Below are positions 55,933 through 64,000 of a stretch of DNA of 64,000 nucleotides, in pieces (within the stretch, counting starts at the first letter, position 1; each line of letters starts with the position of its first letter). This DNA comes from Heterodontus francisci (Eukaryota): assembly GCF_036365525.1 (NCBI RefSeq), contig NC_090376.1:44501157-44565156 (forward strand), given 5' to 3'. The position numbers were made by a program, and so were the translations under genes. A model generated the notes under the pieces. That model saw only the letters and a list, made by a program, of their open reading frames with translations, did no database searches and was not told the DNA's origin.

Positions 55933-58900
55933 TTAACCTCTGTTTGCTCTCTCTCCCACAATGCATGGAATTCACAATCCTTCCCACTACTGTCTTGCTT
56001 GTCTTTGCCTGTAACTTTCTCAAACCCAAATATAGCTTTGCACACCTTCTTTGTCTGGCTTTGGCCTACTCTGTGTTACTCTTCCTTCCTCTACTTCATC
56101 TTCACTAGCAGTCTTCAAGTCTTTCCTGAAATACTTCCGGCTTACTATCTCTTCCCATCTTCAACCTTCAAAGGCCTCCTCAAAACTTGCTTCTTTACCA
56201 TACCTTCAGTCACATTCCCTAATTTTCTCCTCCTGTCTGCTTTTGACACTTATGAAGTGCATTTTATTTTATTAAAGGTGCTGGTTAAATGCATATTGTT
56301 GACTAAATTGCACATTGAGTTAATAGACTATCCCTTCAATTCTAGGATACAGATCCACTCAGACTGAGAGTCTCCTCTGCCTGTTTGTTGTAAGGATCCT
56401 CCACAAAATGGGCTTGGGGCAGACTCACTCTTTTCATGAGTAGGGATGGGCCCACAGCACAATACTGGTACCCCACATTTGGCACAAAGATCAATTTGAC
56501 AATTTTTCTTAAAAGAGGCTACCTGCATCCCTCTTAGCCTGAAGTTAATAAAGCCACACTAAGATGAGTTTAACTTTTCTTTTAAGGCGAGAGTAAAGAT
56601 ACATTACATCATGGCAATAACGGTGACTATTTTAAACATTGAAATCGAGTGGGAGTGTGCATAAAAGTTCATTACTATTAGTTATTATTCCACAAAACTT
56701 CATGATCAGGCCTTTCTGTTTCTGACAGGTATAATAAGGATTAACAGACTAAATAATGAACAGGCTTTTATCCACTGCTGCTTTATGGGACCATACTATG
56801 AAATTGTGTAATTGTACTCTACATGGTTTGACAGTCTCTTTCAATCAAGATTTGGAATTCAGTACAATTGAGACAGTACATCTAATGGAGAGAAAGGTGC
56901 TGCTACAATCAAGTATTCAAACATTTGTTAATGCTTCAATTATCAGCAACTCGTCCAAACCGTCAGCAAAACACCATCTACTGATGGTCGCATCTTTCTT
57001 CTGAATTTTCCAAATGACACGAGGACTGAATTGAAGCAATAAAAATGTTCACCGTTGTGGTCACTGACGATAGCATCCAGCTGGTCAGCTGTCTGACCGG
57101 AAAAAAATAATTTATTCGATTTGGAATTGATTTTTTTCCCCCCACAGCACCTGAAATTATTCAGAAAAACATCAGTTGCCCTTTCTTTAATTGGCTTTTC
57201 ATAGATATCTTGAAAGGAATGCGAAGGCAGTGTTTGATTGTGTGACAGGTCGAATTGGAACAATGTTAGGTAGAGTTGCTATTTTGGTCTGGCATCCAGT
57301 CAACATCAGGACTGCATATAGCTCAGAACTAATAGACCATACCTCATTGTACAGAGCACCACCTGCTGTTTCAAGCAGCTAGGTACTAGTATTGGCTCAC
57401 ATTCACTTAGGTTATCAAAGATGGTTTGCAGCATTGAGTGAAGAATAGAAATGTTTTGATACATGGGGACAGTCATGCAACTAAAGGGACAGGAAAACTT
57501 ATTGCCATGGTAATATGCAATATAAAAAGCCACTGTCTCAGCTTGCATGAAGTAAAAGTTTAAAGTTCTTTTCTAAACTGCATGGTTCTCAGACAGGGTA
57601 CAGTGAATGTTGGGGGATAGTGGTCTAATATTGGGTTCATCCTCCATTACTTTTTATCTAGAAGCACAGAATCACATCTCTATGAATGAGGTGCAGTTGT
57701 TGAATTAGCTTTTCTGAAAACTAATCTGGAATCCAAGCTCTGCTGCCAACTTGCATTGAAGTGCAACAACCCAAACAGCCAAGTTAAGTTTTTGCACAAT
57801 ATCTCTTTCAAAAGCTGGCATCCAGAAAAGCTACAGGTCTGAATGACATATGCACTTGTATTCTTAAAGCCCTAATGAGGGAACAGCCTCTTCCAAAGGT
57901 CAACAAATTCAGTTATGTTCTATTTAGATGGCAGGCAGAAAGCATCTTGTTTAAGCACAGGCTAAGATAGAAGTAGTTCTAATAACTATATATGTCTTGA
58001 TCTTCACTGCCAGTCATTTCAAAATTCATGGAAACCTTTTTCCAACATCATTTTTCGGCCAGCACCGACATGATGGGCCAAGTGGCCTCTTTCTGTGCCC
58101 TAAACTTGCTATGATTCTATTCTGTAACATTGCAATCACAATAGTGCCATCTAGTAAATAATGTGGCTTGGAGGAAAAATGTCAGTTTCTTTATCCAAAG
58201 ATGTTGCTTTCATTTCATGATGCTCATTCAGTTCCTTTTAAGTAGTGTCCAGTCTATTTGGGTAACAGGTGACCATTAAATGTGGGGTAGGGGGAAGTGG
58301 TGGGCAGAGTGACAGGAATTGAAAGCTTATCCCTCATTATTGTAGGTAGTAAGTAATACAGCTATTCAAAGTTTCTGTTTGGTGTTTGAATGTTACAGTC
58401 CTGTTTGGCAGGCCATAGAGAAAATCATTCTGCTGCTGAGCCCTCTAATATCAAGTGTTGGAGACTGAATTAGGGTAGCATACTCCATGTCAAAGTCAAC
58501 TCTCTGCATGTTGGATGGATAAGCCTGGACTGGGATGTCAGTCCTCCTGTAAGACCTTGACTGGAGCAGCATTATATAAGTTTCTTGTGCGTAAATTGTA
58601 TTTTCATGCTAATGCCAGTATGTGACTGCACCTGAACTGTATCAATCGAAAAATCTGCATTGAATAACAGCAGTGAAGTTTCATAAACTATTTGCTGTTT
58701 TTGTGGACCTGTCTTCTGGACAATGTAATTGAAAAGCACTTCTATCCTTTTTGTAAAGAACTAAGTATAACTTGCTGAACCAGGGTTGTAGAAACATATG
58801 TGGACTTAATTTTTAGAAGTTGTTTGTGTTCCCCACTTGGAGATCAAACAATATGCACTCTTAATAGTTTCCTCTTGGCATACAGCCTTCCTATCACACA

Positions 58901-59199
58901 AACTAAGCGAAAAGAAACTTTGCAAGAGCTGATGACATGTTGGTTTGGAATACTATCTGTTTATTTCTGGAGCCACATAGTAATTCATTCTGGATTGAAG
59001 GAATGAAAATACCTTTCCATGGCTTTAGAAATATTTAAAATTATTTTAGAACATCTTGACCTGTTGCTGAGCATGTTTCGTCTACAGCATAGAACTGTCA
59101 AAATTCTGCACAAATTCAGCCTTGCTCGGACCAAGTTGATGTGTAAGATATGTAAAAAAGAAAATTGTAGACCAGGTAGCTTGCGATTGTATAAATTTC

Positions 59200-59690
59200 T
59201 GGGGGGGTATATTAGGAAGGATGCAAGCGTCCTTGAGAGGGCCAGGATTTACCAGAATGGTTCCAGGAGGTATTTTAGCTACAAGGTTTAGGTTAGAGAA
59301 GCTGGGGTAATTCTCCTTGGAGCAAAGGAGATTGAGGGAGATTTGATAGAGTTGTACAAGATTATGACGGGTATAGCTAAATTAGTCAAAGAAAAGCTGT
59401 TCCCATTAGCTGATGGTACAAGGACTAGGGAACACAGATTTAAGGTTTTGGGCAAAAGGTGGGGTGGGGGGGTGGGGCAGCTGTCAGCATTTATACGACT
59501 TGGAACTCGCTGCCTATGAGGGTGTTGGAAACGAAGATGATTGATTTCAAAAGAAAATTGGATGGACACTTGAAGGAAATAAACTTGCAGGGCTATGGGG
59601 ATAGAGCTGGACACTGGAACAGATTGGATTGCTCCACAAAGAGTTGGCATGGACTCGATAGGCTGAATGGCCTCCTGTGCCATAAATGAC
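59200..59690 (+). mobile_element. CR1 3' fragment
   Basis: WNSLPMRVLE...DFKRKLD plus CR1 3' UTR. Confidence 0.82.
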
Positions 59691-59703
59691 TGACTGACTA
59701 TAC

Positions 59704-60343
59704 GGGATGGATTTTCAAAAGGCTGCAGGTCGGGTCCCAGTTTGGGTGGGATATCGAAATTACCGTCCCGGAAGTCGGTCTCGGAATCCCAACGCTTCTG
59801 GGGCAGTTTTAAATTTTCAAAGGGCCAGCAGGGAGGGAACAGGAAATGCTCTCGCTGCCAATTAACAGCTTCTTAAGCTCCTTTCTGCAGTTGTGGTCAG
59901 AATTTCCAATCTTTAATTTGGTGAACCCGAACGGTCTGATGAAAATGCACAGTAGTCGGGTTTGCTGTGGGGTCATTAGAAACTTTCACTTAACTTTAGT
60001 TTAAGAAGACCTTTCTTGGACCTACTTGCGCCGGTTCAAGTGCTCTACCATCATCTAGCCTGCATGGCCACTTTCATCCTCGGGGATGCTGCTGGTGCTC
60101 TGAGGGACTGTCTGCTCTGAACCGCAAGGCAGCAGTAGCCCTCAACATGGCCCCTGTTTGCCTTTGCTGCTGGCGCCAGGCAGGCAGCTCCTGCTTCCTT
60201 GAGGTGCAGTGGCTCTCATTGGGCATCAAACTCACTTCCTGTGCCCATTTAGGGATTTCCGTTCGCAGCTCAGACTTGGACTTGGGACCTGGGGTGGCGG
60301 GTTCCTGACCCCACCATCACCCCCACTTTTAAAAATGCAGCCT
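59704..60343. mobile_element. GC-rich non-autonomous TIR element
   Basis: Imperfect termini GGGATGGATTTTCAAAAG and CTTTTAAAAATGCAGCC. Confidence 0.5.
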
Positions 60344-62699
60344 TATGACTCTATTGGAAGGAGATTCACTTTGCATTTGACCTATGAGTACTCTACTTAG
60401 GAATGTTTGATGCTAGCACTAGGGCACAATATAGAGAACATTCAATACTTATATCAGTCGCACAGAATTATATAACCATCCTCACCTGATGGCTAAACAA
60501 TGAAATCGCATTATACTTGTACAACTTCCACGAACAATACTTTCATTTTTTCTGCTTACAGTTTATGTTGCGGTTGGCCTGTCAATCAGTTGTTAAATTG
60601 CTATTGCAATATCAGTACGCGGCCAAATAGATGCTGAAATGCAAATGTATTGTTCTATTTGCTATACATTTATAGCAGCCAGTAATTCAGTAACTTGCAC
60701 TGTAGTTGAATGTACTACAGAAATTTTGCTGGTTAAAGTTTTTTTTAAATACAGTCTTAAAATAAAATACAGACTACTACTCAGTATTTTTATACTGCGA
60801 AATACCAAATTATGAAATATTCTTAAAAGAATGTTTTGACCTCAGTTGGATCTTGGAATTTAATTGCACAATCTCTTTGAATATGTTGTATCAAAGTACC
60901 ATAACTTTGTTGATGCATCAATTTTGTGGTTCGTCTGTGATTTGGAATTAGTCACAAAATTTGTTTCCAGTCTGCATAGTAAGGTGTGAAGCGAGAAATG
61001 TATTGATTAAAGGACTTTTTATTAAAATAAGAATTGAAGCGCACTAGTCCCAAAATATTCCCTCCATTATTAATAATCTGTTTAGCTTATTGATAGGCAT
61101 GATTGTTGGACATTTTTTATTTCCTGTTTAGCGGTCTGCCAAAATGTCTCAACTTGCATTGGAACTGAAGGATCTGCAGCAATTTTTATTGTAATTGATG
61201 AATAGAACAGAATTGTATGGGCATAGTATATAACTTGGAAAGAATGAATGCTAAAATTAATGGATAAGGAGGATTGGAAGATTTGTGTGTAAAAGTGGTT
61301 TCATTGTGAGAAACATAGTTGAACAAATGGAAATAATGATTAAGGGACTGAAACAGAAATGCGGTAGGAGTGTCTCTATCTTGGTTGCATCTTGATTTTC
61401 TGAAATTTATCAACATGATTATAAATTTGAACATTCTGACGCATTCTTTGATGTATTTTATCTAAATGATCTTCATGTATTAATTAAAAGCAATATAATA
61501 ATTTGCTGCCTGGGGCAAACGAGACGTGGAGGGTTGTTGCAAATGTGGTGTAATGACTTTGTTCTCTTTACTGTCAAAATTTTATAGAGGCAAGATCTGA
61601 TTGTAAATTATTCAGTGTCCGAGTTAAATGTGCAATTATTTTTTTCTTTATCCCCTCAAATGTATTTTGTGTAAGGGTGTGCAAGTACATGGTCCATGCT
61701 TTTTTTGTTTGTGATAGCTGTGCCTTTTTAACAGAGGAATGTAGGGGCAAATTCATTGCTTCCATGCTCCCAACAGGGAGCTGCACTCCAGGGGAGAGTG
61801 GTTTAGAGAATATTGTAGTCCTATCTCTGATTCACATACCCTTCAAGTGCAGCTTTCCCATGGCAACCACTGAATTTAACCAGTAATTTCTACAGGTTGT
61901 CTCACACCAGTGCAGTGATGAAAATCATAAATATAAGAAAAAGCTGTTGTAAATATGTGGGTATATTTGGTTCTGGTATAACATTTTTTATTTTGAGAGT
62001 GAGGTAAGCCATTATCTCTACTACCCTGTTGCTTGGGCCTCCCTATGTGAGGGCAGGTAGGCAATCTACTTCTGCCAATGCTACTCTGAAGTTAGACCCA
62101 TGAAGCTGAGAACAATCAGGCCAAGATGATCCTTTTTTTAAAAAAAAATTTCTCATGGCTAGGTGGCTCCTTGTAGGTTTGCAAATGAGATCAGATGCTT
62201 AGCATGTGGCAGTTATGAAAGCAAACCTGTACCCTTTTCACTGATACAGCATACTATAACTCTGCATTACCTATCAAGCTTGAAATTTTAATCTTTATAA
62301 ACATTTAATTTTGTGCTATACAGTAATCCCATTCATAATGTTAAGGAGTAAAGATTTATAACTAGGAAATCTAATGGGTTTGTGTTAATAATTGGTATAC
62401 TGAACAGTTATTAGCTGTCACAGGAATAGAATTACAGGTAGATATGTAAAGGTAAGGGGAATCCAGAAAACAGGAAATAGATTTATAATTAGGTTTGAAA
62501 CTAAAGAATTAAAATCAAAGATAAAGTTCTTGGCTGCAAAAAAGGCAATTGTAATGAAATGAAAAGGTAACTAGCCCAGATAAGCTCAAGAGAAATTGGT
62601 AAGTGAGGCAGTACACAAATAAAAGTTCAAATAGATAATTAGTGCAGATTAGACATACTCCCACAAGGAGTTTTTTTGGATGCATAGAGAAACTAAAAT

Positions 62700-63794
62700 T
62701 TTAAAAAGGACTTAAAAAAAGGCTCATGTGAAATCTAGGGCTGATAATACAAGAAAGAATCAAGCTGAATATAGAAACTACAGAAAGGAAGTAAAAGAAA
62801 AAATAGGTAACGAAAAATAATAAAGGATTTTATAAACCTATCTGGGATTGTGGGATTATCTTTGAGGAGAGATTGAGGAAACTAGGTCTTTATTCTCTGG
62901 AGTTTCGAAGAGTGAGAGGTGATCTCATTGAAACTTACAAAATTCTTACAGGGTGGATGTAGATAGGATGTTTCCCCTAGTTGGTGAGTCTAGGACCAGG
63001 GGACATGGCCTCAAAATAAGAGGCCATTTAAGACTCCGATGAGGAGGAATTTCTTTACTCAGGGTGGTAAATCTTTGGAATTCTCTACCCCAGAGGGCTG
63101 TGGAAGCTCAATCATTGAGCATGTTCAAGACAGAAATCGATGGATATCTGGATACTAGTGACATCAAGAGATATAGGGAAAGCTTGGGAAGGTGGCGTTA
63201 ATCAACCATGATCTAATTGAATGGCAGAGCAGGCTTGATGGGCTGAATGGCCTGCTCCTGTGTTCTTAAAGATGCAAAAGGAAATCTTGTGGAGCATGAA
63301 GGAATGGTAGAGATTTTAACTGAACACATTTGCTTCGGTTTTTATGTGTGTATGGAAGTGGGAATGAAAGGATATAAAAGGAGTGGAGAAATTAGACTAG
63401 ATAAGGAAGTAGGACTGTAAACATGGTGTAACTCTGGAAAAGACACATGGCTCTCAAGCAAGCATCCTCGAATTTTAAAATCAGTCAGGGAGGTAATATT
63501 GGAAATTCTGTCTAGAATCTTAAAGCATTCTTAGATATGTAAGTTGTGCTTCAGCACTGGATGGTGCCAGTCTAACGATGCTGTTTCAAAAAAGGGAGAA
63601 GAAATAAACCAGGTACATCAAAACCAATCATTCCAACATTTGTAGTGGGTAAGCTTATTAGAGTCCATAATAGGAACATAGGAACAGAAGTAGGCCATTT
63701 AGCCCCTCTAGCCTGTTCCACCATTCAATGAGATCATGGCTGATCTGTGACCCAACTCCATATTTCTGTCTTTGCCCCATATCCCTTAATACCT
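62700..63794. mobile_element. Cluster of CR1 fragments (old + strand piece, + strand 3' end 62840-63265, - strand tail 63670-63794)
   Basis: GAGGTGATCTCATTGAAAC and CTTTGGAATTCTCTACCCCAG; minus-strand tail CATAGGAACAGAAGTAGGCCATT. Confidence 0.75.
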
Positions 63795-64000
63795 GGGCGG
63801 CACAGTGGCGCAGTGGTTAGCACTGCAGCCTCACAGCTCCAGGGACCCGGGTTCGATTCTGGGTACTGCCTGTGCGGAGTTTGCAAGTTCTCCCTGTGTC
63901 TGCGTGGGTTTCCTCCGGGTGCTCCGGTTTCCTCCCACATGCCAAAGACTTGCAGGTTGATAGGTTAATTGGCCATTATAAATTGTCACTAGTATAGGTA
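63795..64000 (+). mobile_element. HE1-type V-SINE, cut by the window end
   Basis: Head with A and B boxes plus V-domain. Confidence 0.92.

Noticed and set aside
55798-56367. 189-aa hydrophobic ORF
   Set aside because: Runs through a foldback arm and a pyrimidine-rich L2-like remnant; the composition explains the lack of stops.
1-64000. Prokaryotic-type systems (CRISPR arrays, operons, rRNA genes)
   Set aside because: No repeat-spacer arrays or dense coding; the sequence is intron- and retroelement-rich vertebrate DNA.

Overview
Repeat-dense vertebrate genomic DNA, almost certainly from a shark or other elasmobranch, judged by HE1/V-SINEs with a CR1/HER1-type tail, a Deu-domain SINE and many CR1 and L2 LINEs. 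One host protein-coding gene is reconstructable, on the minus strand: three coding exons (47029-47054, 20164-20238, 14921-15206; all GT-AG introns) encode a 128-aa orthologue of the mammalian 'POLR1D isoform 2' protein. I find no exon for the canonical Pol I/III subunit RPAC2/AC19, which shares exon 1 with isoform 2 in human. Exon 1 lies in a CpG-rich promoter that looks bidirectional; by human synteny the divergent gene would be LNX2, but none of its coding sequence is visible. The rest is nested transposon debris: a gag-pro-only Gypsy-type element with both LTRs, solo LTRs with 4-bp TSDs, a deleted Copia-like element with a 5-bp TSD, a young CR1 with about 750 open codons, a 3.1-kb EN-RT LINE headed by a tRNA-like SINE promoter plus short copies sharing both its ends, Penelope-type foldbacks with decayed hammerhead ribozyme cores, a Harbinger Myb/SANT relic and TIR MITEs. 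All family assignments are by eye and from memory of consensus motifs; no searches were run, and repeat boundaries are approximate unless a TSD is given.
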